NCBI GenBank assembly: GCA_001643675.2 | Contig: LSRY02000002.1 | Coordinates: 992,001 to 1,056,000, forward strand | Source of the DNA: Monocercomonoides exilis PA203 | Taxonomy: Eukaryota > Protista > Preaxostyla | Direction of reading: 5' to 3' | Length of the DNA: 64,000 nt | Shown: in pieces, positions 12,296-23,947 of the stretch | How positions within the stretch are numbered: position 1 is the stretch's first letter | Layout of the letters: the number at the start of each line of letters is the position of its first letter | Program-made: the position numbers and the translations under genes | The notes under the pieces: model-generated | Databases searched by the model: none | Seen by the model: only the letters and a program-made list of their open reading frames with translations | Told to the model about the DNA's origin: nothing

Positions 12296-15200
12296 TTATT
12301 TATTATCTTTTTCTCTCCTAACCATCCCTCTCCTTGCACTGCTCAGATCCCCCTCGCCTCCAAATCCCTGTGCCCCCGCTGCTCCAGACGAAGCATTCGG
12401 AGTCACAGGCGGAATTCGCATAGACAATCTTGATTGTCCAGGAAGCAACGTAGAAGAATGCGAAACATTGAGTGTGGAAGGAAGCGAGGACGAAAGCTGT
12501 GCAATGATTGACAAGAGCGTCGTGCGGGCGACTGAAGATGGGGCCTCAGAAAGCGGAGAGCACAAGTGCTGTTGAGAGGAAGGAGAGGAAGATAAGTCAG
12601 CTGTGCTGAGAGGAGAGGCAGAGAGAGAATGGGTGAGGGAAGATGGGGTTGAGTGTGAAGAAGAAGAAGAAGATGATGATGATGATGATGATGATGTAGT
12701 TGTTGTTGTTGCTGCAGAATTAGAAGAATGAGAAGAAGAAGAAGAAGAAGGAAGTGTTCCTCCGCTGCTTGCTCCAACAGAAGAAGAAGAAGCAGAAGGA
12801 GTCAATGGTGTTGAAGAAGAAGAAGAATTTGAACTAGAAGAAGATAAACTTGGCCGAAGAGTCGAAGAAGTGGAGAAAGTGCCTGAAGAGCGGAGTGTGG
12901 AAGAAGAGGAAGACATGTCTGTGCTCAGCGCAATCTGCACAGAACGAGGAAGCGTCACAAACTCTTCCTCTGTTTCTGCTCCTCTTTCAGCCTCCCTTTT
13001 ATCTCCTTGTCTCTCCCCTTTCTTCTTCTTCTTCTCCTCTTTCTCCTTCTCCTTCTCTTCTCGCTCTTTCTCCTTCTCGCTCTTTCCCATCGCACCTCCC
13101 CCGTTCATTTGCTGCTGCGTCTGCAGCATCTGCCTCTGCTGGCGCTGCTGTGCCCTCTGCATCATCACCCCCAGGCAGCTCAGCCACGCTGACAGCACGC
13201 CCGCCTTCTCCTCTACCACTCGCACAAGCGCTGCCTCCAGCTGACTCAGAGCAGAAAGCGCAGAACTTTCGGTGTTGATCTTCAGAGGTGCAGGGATCGA
13301 CAGAGAGAGACGGGAGGTGGAGGAAGAAGAGGAGAGCGAAGAGGAAGAAGGAGAAGAGATGAGAGAAAGAGAGGTTGTTGGCTGGGCAGTTTGAGGAGAG
13401 GAGCCGAATGAAGAAGAAGAGGAAGAAGATGAAGAAGAAGAAGTTGGGGTAGATGGAGCTAGTTTCAGAGAGGTGTCAATAATTGATGGAGAAGGCTGGG
13501 AAGCAGATGCTGTGCTGTTGTCTGAATACGAAGAGGTGACAAAAGAAGAAGGCTTTATTTGTTCGGCTGTGTTGCTGGAAGGCTTTGAGGAGACAGATGT
13601 GGTCACATTGGAAAAAGAAGAAGGTATGTGTGATTGAGTGTTAGCTGATGATGAAGATGAAGAAGAAGATGATGATGAAGATGCAGCACCAGATTTAGGC
13701 GATGTTAAAGGCGGTGGTGCAACTGGTACAGTTTTCAGTGGTGCAAAAGAGGAAGTCGATGATGAAGAAAACGGGATAGAAGAAGGATTGTAATTGGATG
13801 CAGATGAAGAGGAAGAGGAAGAAGAAGGAGACAAAATGACTTCTTCTTCTGGCAGATAGTCGGCCACTGAATACAACGCAGGAAGAAGGAACGTCTGAAG
13901 CATTGTGGTGTCGTCTTCTGATGTGAACGGCAGCATTTCTTCGAATGAGTTGAATGCGACTGCTCCGTCGGCCTCTGAAAAGGCCAGAGCAAATGGATTG
14001 GCAGAGAGAGAAGAGGAAGAGGAGGAAGAAGAAGATGATGACGACGATGAAGAAGAAGAGGAAGATGATGAAACAGACATGGTTCTTAAGAGTGGCTGGT
14101 GGAAGGCAGGAGATTGGGAAGACGGCAAAACAGGTGTGTTTGGAGAGGATGTGGTCAAAGAGTGGGAGCGGTGAAGTGCAGAAGACTGTGCAGCAGATGA
14201 AGAAGAATAGGAAGAGGAGGAGGAGGAAGAGGAGGATGATGATGAAGATGGAATGGATGATTGAGGGGAAAGCGTTGTTGGCTGTGGAGCTGAAGGTGAT
14301 GGAGATGGCTTTGAAGCGAGATTTTGTGGAGAAGAGGAAGATAAAGCAGAGGAAGAAGATGATGATGATGATGATGAATTCTGAGTAATTGATTCAGGTT
14401 TAGCAGGTGCGATTGGCTTTACAACGGGAGAAGGAGGAAGCGATGATGAGGAGACGATAAGCGAATTGTTGCTGTCTTTCGTTGAAGTGGCAGGCGTCGC
14501 AGACACATCCGACCACCTTTCCTCTTGTGCATTGTTTGCTCTATTTGCACTTTCATCTGCTTTTGGCGCTCCATTTTGTTGTTGCGCATCCTTCTCTGCT
14601 TTGCCGTTCTGCATTTGCTGTGTTTTCTGCATTTGCTGTGTTGCTTGTGCAGGCTGCTCTGTTTGTGGACTGCTCTGACTTTCCGCTTGTGGCTTTGTTG
14701 GCTTTCTCCGGATAAGCACCTCTGGCTGAATCTCTCCTTCGTCGCTTTCGTCGCCTTCCTCGTCGCGGTACCTCACCTCAGCCACTTCCTTCGCCTGCTT
14801 CGCCTCGCCCGCTTTTTCCTGCGCCTGGAGCTGCTCATATCGCTCATTTGCTCTTTTTTCCTCCTCTTTGCTTTTGCTTTTGTTTTCTTCTTCTTTTTCG
14901 TCTTTATCTTCGTTGTCGCTTTCGTCGTCTGAGAATATCCAGTCATCGTCCTCGCCGCCTTTTCTCGATCTTTTTGTGGACCCTTTCACAGAATTCCCTT
15001 TTGTGCTGCCTCTTCCAGTACTATTACTGTTTGACTCATCTCCTTCACCACTGACTTCGCTGTAGCGTTTTTTCCTTTCGACAAGATCAATTAAAATGCT
15101 GCTCTTTAGTGACTTGTACCGAGATTTCACAAACAGTTTATGCTTCAACAGATCCTTAGCAGTTGGACGCTCCGCTGGATTTATTTTTAAGCAATCGGCT

Positions 15201-15997
15201 ACAAATTCCTTCAGTTCCTTGCAAAAGAGTGGTGACGTTAGCTCTGGAGGCGGCTGATTTGGTATTAAAAATAAAACTCTCATTGGATGCACATCGGAAT
15301 GTGGCGGCTTCCCTGTTGCAAGTTCAATAGCAGTTATCCCTAATGACCATATGTCAGCCTTTGTGTCATAGCCATCAGTATTTTTTATGACTTCAGGAGC
15401 CATCCAAAAAGGCGTTCCAACAAATGTCTTTTTCTTATTCATTGTGTTTGTCAATTGCCCACTAACTCCGAAATCAGAAATTTTAACATCACCTTTTCCA
15501 GAAAGAAGTATGTTGGCTGCTTTTATATCTCTATGGATCTTTCCTTGTGAATGAAGATATTCCAAACCATGCAAAAGTTCTCTCAAAATGACAACGACAT
15601 AATTTTCTTCTAAAGGTCCAAGTTTCAAGATTTCTCCAACGGAGCCTCCTTCAAGATATTCCATTATTATCCAAAGCTTGCTTCCACTGACAAAGCTTCC
15701 ATAATAATTTGTGACATATGGACTCTTGCATTCCGAAAGTAAAGCAATCTCTCTCTGAATATCTTCAATGTCATCCTCTGCTTCTTCTAAGTCTATAACT
15801 TTAACAGCAACTATTTCATTTGTTTCTTTGTTTCTCCTACATTATTTCAAATATTTTGATCGATTTATTTGAAAAATATCAAGTAATCAAATTCTAAAAA
15901 AACAACAAGAAAAATCATACGCCTTCCACACTTTACCAAAGCTCCCTTCTCCAACAATTTCAAGAAGTTGAAAATTGTCAGTTTTTAATGAACTCAT
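12296..15997 (-). CDS. STE20-family Ser/Thr kinase, GCKIII subfamily (MST3/MST4/STK25-like), with long Ser-rich tail
   Basis: Exon 1 from ATG 15997 (MSSLKTDNFQLLEIVGEGSFGKVWKA), intron 15837-15920, then VAVKVIDLEEAEDDIEDIQREIALLS, HRDIKAANILL, DFGVSGQL, TFVGTPFWMAPEVI, HPMRVLFLIP. All catalytic motifs are intact. Confidence 0.93.
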
Positions 15998-16815
15998 TAT
16001 TTTTTGTGAAAAAGATATAAAATGGGTTTTGATCATGAAATAATGATTCTATGAGAATATCATTAATTTCACGAAAATTTTTCATTATCCATTAATCCTT
16101 GGGGGGAAAAAATTAATTTTTAAATACTTAGCAATTTGTTGAAACTCACAAACAACAGAAACTTTGTAAAAAACAAAACAAATAATTGGATTATATTCTT
16201 TTGTAGTTTAAATAGGTACATAACATGTCCCCTAAAGAAAATTTAAAACCGATCCAGGATGATTAAATAAAAATTCTTATTAAACAAATAAAAAAATTAA
16301 ATCGGAAAAGATAAGAAACAAGTCAGGTTGAGAAAGTTATTCGGCCAAACATTAGAAGAAGATTCATCCCAGACACTTCAGGAAAAAGTAAAAAAAGGAA
16401 AGAAAAAATGTTCGCGATATGAATTCAAATTAAAAAAGCCAACATTTGAAAAGAAAAACAGATTACAAAAATTTTTGTTTTCAAAAATACATACGAAAAT
16501 AACTGTCGCACCAACAATGGAAACTACATGTATATGTGACAGATATTTGAAACACCATGGAAACAGGAAAGAAAAAAATATTATTACATGGAAAAATGCA
16601 CTCGCAAAATAACAAAACAACAATTGCTTGGATCATAAAAAATAAACGAAAAAAAGGCAAAACCCTTGAAATATCGAAATTTTGCCAAATAAAAAATTAC
16701 ATTTTCCAGCCTCACTAATTGAGCCAAAATTTCATCGATTGTTGTATCAAAAAGGCCTCGCTGTTAATTATTCTGTAAATTGGAAATTCATTGAATAAGC
16801 GCTTGATAAAATACT

Positions 16816-17442
16816 TTATTTCGTTGCCCATGATATTGCGCCTTCAAAGGGGCTAACTAATTTCATGAAATATTTTTTGTACTTCTTTTCATCAATGTAA
16901 CACTCATAATTTATTATTTCTAAAAATGTCCATTCTGAAGCACAAATAACATTAAACTGAATGTGTAATAGCTGGCACAATGCTTTGTTAGAATAAATAA
17001 TATTATATTCTCGAACGTATTTTATGGCAATGATGATAGAGCACAAAAGTATTGTTCCAACAGTTTTTTGTGAGATATAACCTTCTCGTAATGCCTTTTT
17101 TTCAGCTAAATCTTTTTGAATAAACTTTTTCAGAAGTATATATGACACAACCATCTCACACACAGACAAATTACTTACAGATCTCATTAATTGTAACGTA
17201 TCAATTACCACTTTGAATATCGTTTCACCCATTTCCGATAAGCGTATTTTCCTATCATTTGACGATTCTTTATCACTTTGAGTATACCCAGAAATGCAAT
17301 CAGATAGAAGATCTGACACAGATTTTGACATTTGGTTGATCTCCTTGTCGCTTATTGGGTTTTTTGAATTTTCGTTAATACGTTGATTGAAGAGATCCAT
17401 TGCATCTTTATCTTCATTTTTCGAACTTTGACTTTCATCCAT
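16816..17442 (-). CDS. Cyclin-box protein (PHO80/cyclin-P-like), intronless
   Basis: VGTILLCSIIIAIKY...SNKALCQLLHIQFNVICASEWTFLEIINYECYI resembles the PHO80-type cyclin N-domain (LAxK, N, ExxFLxxxxY). Paralog at 46895. Confidence 0.7.
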   Translation of the reverse strand: MDESQSSKNEDKDAMDLFNQRINENSKNPISDKEINQMSKSVSDLLSDCISGYTQSDKESSNDRKIRLSEMGETIFKVVIDTLQLMRSVSNLSVCEMVVSYILLKKFIQKDLAEKKALREGYISQKTVGTILLCSIIIAIKYVREYNIIYSNKALCQLLHIQFNVICASEWTFLEIINYECYIDEKKYKKYFMKLVSPFEGAISWATK

Positions 17443-18019
17443 TCTTTTATTTGTTGAAAAAGGGATAAAATCAATTTTACATTTTCAGCTTGCACAAATT
17501 GAATAAAAAATCTTTGCACACTGTTCACAGACTTCAACTTTAACTTTTCTTCTTGGTAAATACATAGATCTATCAATTTTTTTCATAAAGAGATAAACGG
17601 TTCGGATAAAATTAATGCCCTTAATATATAATTAGATAAGATTGTTGTGTGAACAACACTTTTTTTATTCTGGTTCAAAATTTTTTCTCTAAATAATTTG
17701 TTTTATGTGCATTCAAATCAATGAAATTGAGTATTATTGGAATTGGTACAATACAGATTTAGTTGCGAAATATGAATTAACGGAGATTTTTTAAATAACA
17801 GTTTTTTTTTAATTTGAATAAAGTCAACTTTATTCTAATTAAAGGGTAAACATAAAAAATTCAACATGAGAATATATACATGTGAAAATCATATATATCA
17901 ATAATTAATGTGGGAAAGGAAAATTACAGCCTGTCCGTTAAAAAAAGATGATCTTTCCATATTAACCCTTTTTTTAATAACACAAAATTCCTTTTTATTG
18001 TGCTTGGGATTTGGAAAAA

Positions 18020-19285
18020 ATGGAATTCATTCAGATTATTGATGCGAGAACGAAGTTAAAAAGAATAGAAGTTGCAAAATCCACACCCAATCTTAAGAAA
18101 TATCGGGTTAAACCTATTATTCTTCCAGTCATTCATCCCATTGAATATCAACTTCACCTATCAATTAAATAAAAGTCGTATTTGATGGAAAAAGAAAAAG
18201 AAGAAAGACAAAGAAAAATCAAAGATCTGAGAAATGGAAAAGCAAAAAAAGAAAATGAGAAGAAAAATCCCAATACTCCAGCAACATATGCTAAATGAAA
18301 AAAATTAGCAGAATTGTGCAGAATTCTTGGCTAGCAAAAAGGAAAATTTGTGTGCAAATCAATGCACATTAACTCCAGTTACAACATCTATATATTTAGC
18401 AAAGCTTCGAATCGGAATTGACATCACTTAACCACTTGGCCGAAAAGGAAAAAAAAAGGTGAATAATGAAATCTTCAACAAAATTGTGAGAGAGAAAATA
18501 AAGTCTAATCCTCTCACATCTGTAAGACAAATTGCAAAAGAATTATCCATGACTGGGTTATTATTCGGAAAAACATCTGTTCACCAAATATTATCTGAAT
18601 CCAATTTTTATCAATAAGAATTTCCTTTGTTTTCATATCAAAGAACAACAATAAAACCTTCAATATCCAAATCTGAGGAAAATAAAAAATACGAATAGAT
18701 TTTTTGTATCAGTTATTTCACCATCAAAATGATGGAGCAAAAATATTTTTATCATGGAGGAAACATCTTGGAACATCAACTGTATAAGAAGATATGGCCG
18801 AACTAAAAAGGGAGAAAAACTGCTTGAACCGCCTCCTCCAATCACTCAGTCTATTGCAGCAATAACGTCAATATCACACGATGGGATGGGCAACACTGAG
18901 CTAATTCGAGGGTCTGTCACTCATGAAATTTTCGAATCATATTTGAAAAGGTTTCTAGTGACCATTCAGGACAAAGATTCATCCGTCGTCGTGTTGGATA
19001 ATGCTTCGATACACCATGTTCATGTGGATGAAATTATTCGTGAAGCTGGGTATATTGCTTTGTACAATGTGGCATATTCACCAAATATTTAACCAGAAAG
19101 ATAATATCTTTGGAATATGGATGCAAATGGCAGAAGAAAATTTTCTAAAATGGAAAGGTGAAGATCATTTCATAACAACTCTATTGAACACTTTTAAAGA
19201 AATATTGCCTCGTGTTGTGAGAAGATCAATAATGCAAGTCGAAAACGAAGTCTGGCCTCGAGTTCTCAAAAAAATGGATAAATGA
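18020..19285 (+). pseudogene. Tc1/IS630 (DDE_3-type) transposase pseudogene
   Basis: Fragments MEETSWN..RRYGRTKKG, VVVLDNASIHH, AYSPN/NQKDNIFGIW, HTH-like SVRQIAKEL...GKTSVHQIL. Several stops and frameshifts. Collinear with copy 2. Confidence 0.85.
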
Positions 19286-19660
19286 TCATTCATTATAATT
19301 TTTTATTCATTTCGAATTGATTTTCTCGTTTTTCAATTTCACAATTTTTTTGAAGAAAGCAAAGAAGCAGATATAAATCAGTTTGTTTTTATTTTAGAGA
19401 AAAATTGTTTATGAAATGACAAAATCAAAAATAGAAAAATCACATAAAAAAATTAATTCCCTGATATGGTGGACGTTGAACATTTTCTGAAATTATAAAA
19501 AAACAAACGTAATTCCAATCAAAATCAAATTCGTCATTTTTCATTGTTCATTATCAGGAGTGAATTAAACCTTGCGAAATTTTTGCTTTCTTATTTACAT
19601 TATGAAATCAAAAAAAAAACATAGCAGAAAATTTTGACACTTCTTTATTATTTCTTTATA

Positions 19661-20086
19661 CAGTGAAGCTCGGTTATATTCACCTCGGTTGTAATCGAGA
19701 CCGCAAATAATCACATTTTTTCGTACATCAATAAATTTTGCTTTTTTTATGTGTAATTTCATTGGTTATAATCACATTAAAATCGTGAATAATCACAAAT
19801 TTTGAAAATTAATGGGTATTTTTTCTCTCTATTTTGATGTTTTTGCAAAAATGAAAGTTGTTTTTTTCCCCTTTATGATGAACAATATTTTTCATTAAAA
19901 CAATATATTTAGAAAAATCGATTCAAATGTGTGGATTTTAATTAATATTGAAAATTTTCTTTTTTTATCTTCAAAAAATTTTCAGAAAAACTTTTTAATG
20001 AAAAAGATGGTTCGGTTATTATCAAGTTCGGTTTAAATCATAAAAAATCGTGCAAAATGGATTGTGATTATAACCGAGCTTAACTG
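19661..20086. mobile_element. 426-bp MITE (Tc1/mariner-pogo type) with TA TSD
   Basis: TA|CAGTGAAGCTCGGTTATATTCAC ... GTGATTATAACCGAGCTTAACTG|TA (23-bp TIR, 2 mismatches). Internal copies of the CGGTTATAATCAC motif near 19686, 19763, 20012 and 20029. No ORF. Confidence 0.85.
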
Positions 20087-20928
20087 TATATATTTTCAAA
20101 GAATAAACATTATATAAATTAAATCAGAAAAAGTTTGAACATATATTTTTGCAGAATCATTAACAAACAAAGATTACAACAAACAAACCCAGATCGCAGG
20201 ACTAATAAACTTTTCCAGTTGCTTCAACCATTGACGATTCATCTTTTCACCAAATTTAATAAAATTTTCAAAAATTATAAAACAGTTATGAAATCAAGCA
20301 AAATCTAACTTTTGCACGCTTTTTCACGATCAATTGTATGACAAAAAGTGAAAAATGGTAAAAAACAAGATTTTTCTTCCATTTTTCTTTCCATTTAAAA
20401 GAAGATGCTTGAAAAACATTGAAAAATAGTTACAAAGTTCATTTCATTTCTAGGAATGATCAACTTTTTTTTTAAACGGACAGATCAACTTAAATTCCGG
20501 ACAAACTGAACAATATGTTCGGAAATAAAGTTGATCTTTCCAAAAATAATGTTGATAGAACCATCAATTGTATAAAAAAATTGAAATCTTAATAACAGAT
20601 AAAAACAGTGAAAAAATATCTTCATGAGCAATATTAATTTATTGGATGTTCGAACAACACAAAAAACATTTTTGATCACTCAAAACGTCACAACTGTAGA
20701 AGAATATAGTGCCAGGCCAGTCATAATGCCCTTCATTCATCTACTGGAAGACAGTATTTATTATGTTATTCGTATGAGAGCAGAATTGAAGAAAAAAGAA
20801 ACCGAAGTACAAAAAAGCGAACAAATACAGAAAGCAAATGATTCTGAAACGCGTATCAACAAAAAACCCCACACTCCAGCTACATTGGAAAAAAGAAGAA
20901 AGCTTACGAATTTGTTTCGAATTCATGG

Positions 20929-21270
20929 GGCAAAGGTGTAACTGCGTCCCTTTTGTAATTCTTGTTTTTAGACATTAGTTTTGTGATGTTTGAAATGCAA
21001 AAATTATTTAAAAACTTTTGTATGGACCGGTTTTTCGCAAAAATTTTTGTTTCTCATGAAAAAACCATTTTTAAAAATGACCCATAAATATGAGTATTTT
21101 TACAAATTTTTAATAAAATAAGATAATTATGAAATAAAAAGTGTATAAAAGGTCTTTAATTATTATATACTCTTATTATATTAATTAATTTTTGAAAAAT
21201 AAAACATTCAAAAAAAAACAAATAAATTAAAAAATTAAATATATTGATCAATCCCACAATTAAATTTTCA
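20929..21270 (+). repeat. Left terminal inverted repeat (~342 bp)
   Basis: Reverse complement of 23605-23947. By eye there are 3 mismatches in the first 11 nt, one A-run indel and one inner-end mismatch. Confidence 0.92.
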
Positions 21271-21739
21271 TTATTCAAATAATAAAAAATTAGTTTCTTT
21301 CATCGTGAATTGAATTCTCGTTTGCGAACATATAACGAATCATATATATAAATATAGTTTTATAGTGTGTGAATAATAATTATCAATATATCATTCAAAT
21401 CTTTATGAATTTTGTTTATGATTTTTAATATGAAAATTTTTGTGCAGTTTGAGGATGTTTATGTTACACAATGATGATCATGAATAAAGAAGAACAAACA
21501 AATCGTGTGAAACATTCTTTTTAATTATTAACATTGTTTTATTAAAAATTTTGACAAAACTCATAAAATATCATTTATTTTCGTTTAAATATAACGAATA
21601 TTGAAGGCTAGACTATAATCAACACAGCGGCATCAGTATAAGAAGAAGAAAAGTTTATATAGATAAAAGAAACGAATTATAAAAGACACACGCAGTTAAA
21701 TTAAAGGTCAATGCCTACACTACATAAGCTGGAAAAGAT

Positions 21740-22960
21740 ATTTTTTGAATGAAACAATATTGGATTGAAGAACAATTAAAGGAAATTCCAGTTTTATCTT
21801 CGAGAAGGCCGTCACCCACGGATGAATGCGATTTATGGAATTGATGGTTGTGAACACACAAATGATGCTGATCTTATTGATTTTGTTGCGATCCATCAGA
21901 GTGAAACGGTCATTGTGAGCAGTGGGAATGAATCGAACGGGAAGCAATGTTGAATTAACACATTTCCATATGATTCAATTAATCATGGGCTTGTGTATCT
22001 GACATCTAAATATGTGAGTCTATTGTATGTTGACGCAGAGAGCGTGATTGGAAGAGAAATAAATCCGAATGAGATGGGTTTTAAAGAAGGAGAAGGAATG
22101 GAGAAAAACACATCTCTGCGGATATTGGATGAGGGATGTCAATTGGGAGGAATAGCGAGTGAAAGAGGATCATCATTTTTCATCCCTGTCTTGGAAGAAG
22201 TGAAGAGCACAACACAGGCGAGTGGGGGCATGGACTTGAGCATTCGTGGGAAGCTGTTTCTTCCTCACAAATTGTCACAAGAGATAAGTATGAAAGATGG
22301 GGATGAAGAGGAGATTGTGAGAAAAGGGATTGAAGAAGAAGGGTTTGTGTCAGAGAATGAGATTCACTCAGTTGTTACACGTTCAGAATGGGGGAAAGTG
22401 AGAGAAGAGACAGAAGTGAGTGTGTGGATTGTGTTTGGAAAAGCTGATTCTCCTTTATCAACAGAGCCATTTATTGTGAAGAACAGAAGTGAAAGTCAGT
22501 CAAGAGGAAATGAAAGAATTGTTGAGGAAGGAAAAGAAGGAAAATCATATTTGTTGCTAATTGTTACAATCATGGCAGCTGTTCTATTAATTGTTTTGAT
22601 TGCGTCTGTGATATTGGCAGTCAGATGGAGAAAACAAAAGAGATGAACAAAGGAATTGGAAGAGATTGTGAATGACACAGTGAAAAAGGATCCGAAGGCA
22701 TTTGAGATGGTGACGATGGAGATGTCACTGGAGGAGCTGCTGAAGAGAGCAGAGAGAGCAGAGAGAGCAGAGAGGGAGGGAGAGAGAGAGAGAGAGGGAA
22801 AGAGATGGAATGAGGGAGGGAAAGGGAAAGGGAAGGCAATTTTGAGAAGAAGACAAAGATGTTGAGAAAAGAAGAAGAGGATTGAGAATATGAAGAGAGA
22901 GATAGAGACAAGCGAAGAGAAAGGGATAGAGATAGAGATAGAGAGAGAATTTGAAACTTC
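21740..22960 (+). pseudogene. Captured fragment of a receptor-pseudokinase family gene (last ectodomain module start, membrane-proximal domain, TM and juxtamembrane)
   Basis: 21790-22080 aligns with 57120-57420 (MNAIYG..C....D.DLI.FV.IH.S.T.IVSS..SNG..C). 22085-22760 aligns with 58315-58990 (NTSL..L, SSFFIPVLE, VSV.I.FG..SP.ST..FI.KN.SE, TM, LAVRWRK, EIVND..KDPKAFEMVT.EMS.EE). Contains in-frame TGA stops. Confidence 0.9.
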
Positions 22961-23604
22961 TTGAAATGGATATATTGTTCATTCTGTTATTTATTTGTTA
23001 TTTTTTAATCAAGCTATTTTTTCGTAGTTTTTTGATATTCCAAATAAGTGAATCATGGAATTAAAAGACTGGTGAATAAAATGAACACTCTTTTTTCTCA
23101 ATGAACTGATTGAGTATTTAATAAGCGATAAGGAAAAATAAATATGAAATAACTATATTTTTCCTCAATGAAATTCTTTTTAAAGGAGAAACCTTAAAAA
23201 TTCATTCGTTTATTTTTAAAAAGAAATCACAATATGAACATAAAAAAAATTATAGATAATATCAAATTGAATCGTATATCAATTAACGGAATGCTGAAAT
23301 GAACATAAAAAAGAAAAAAACAAAATATGAATAATAAAAATGAACATTTGAGAAATAGAAATATTATGCAATACTAACAAAAAAGAGGAATTAATAAATA
23401 GCATTTTCAAAACTGAATCATTTCTGAAATGAACAAGAATGATCTTTGATATTCAAAATGAAAATGCGCAGCCTGTTGTAGCGAATTCTAAAGTTAATTT
23501 TCATCCATTTGTGTGAATTATAATTAACATAAAGTGAAAGGAAGATTTGCCAGAATTTGCGCAATCTATCATGCAAAAAAGCAAAAGCAAACATCTTGAT
23601 TATG

Positions 23605-23947
23605 TGAAAATATAATTGTGGGATTGATCAATATATTTAATTTTTTAATTTATTTGTTTTTTTTTTGAATGTTTTATTTTTCAAAAATTAATTAATATAA
23701 TAAGAGTATATAATAATTAAAGACCTTTTATACACTTTTTATTTCATAATTATCTTATTTTATTAAAAATTTGTAAAAATACTCATATTTATGGGTCATT
23801 TTTAAAAATGGTTTTTTCATGAGAAACAAAAATTTTTGCGAAAAACCGGTCCATACAAAAGTTTTTAAATAATTTTTGCATTTCAAACATCACAAAACTA
23901 ATGTCTAAAAACAAGAATTACAAAAGGGACGCAGTTTCACTTATGCC
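23605..23947 (-). repeat. Right terminal inverted repeat (~343 bp)
   Basis: Partner of the left TIR; ends ...GGGACGCAGTTTCACTTATGCC. Confidence 0.92.

Larger units (their letters stand above)
17927..20486 (+). mobile_element. Decayed Tc1/IS630-like DNA transposon, copy 1
   Basis: Left end TA|CAGCCTGTCCGTTAAAAAAAAGATGATC (17927) and a degenerate inverted copy GATCAACTTTTTTTTTAAACGGACAG (~20458-20483). Encloses a transposase pseudogene and the 19661-20086 MITE. Confidence 0.65.
20929..23947. mobile_element. Non-autonomous long-TIR element (Merlin/IS1595- or MULE-like) carrying captured host gene fragments (Pack-type)
   Basis: TIRs at 20929-21270 and 23605-23947 are nearly identical and begin with GGC. 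An exact 8-bp direct repeat ATTCATGG sits at 20921-20928 and 23948-23955. No transposase inside. Confidence 0.93.

Noticed and set aside
4747-15065. Phe/Ser/Leu-rich + strand ORFs
   Set aside because: Antisense to E/K-rich and Ser-rich coding sequence; no independent domain signal.
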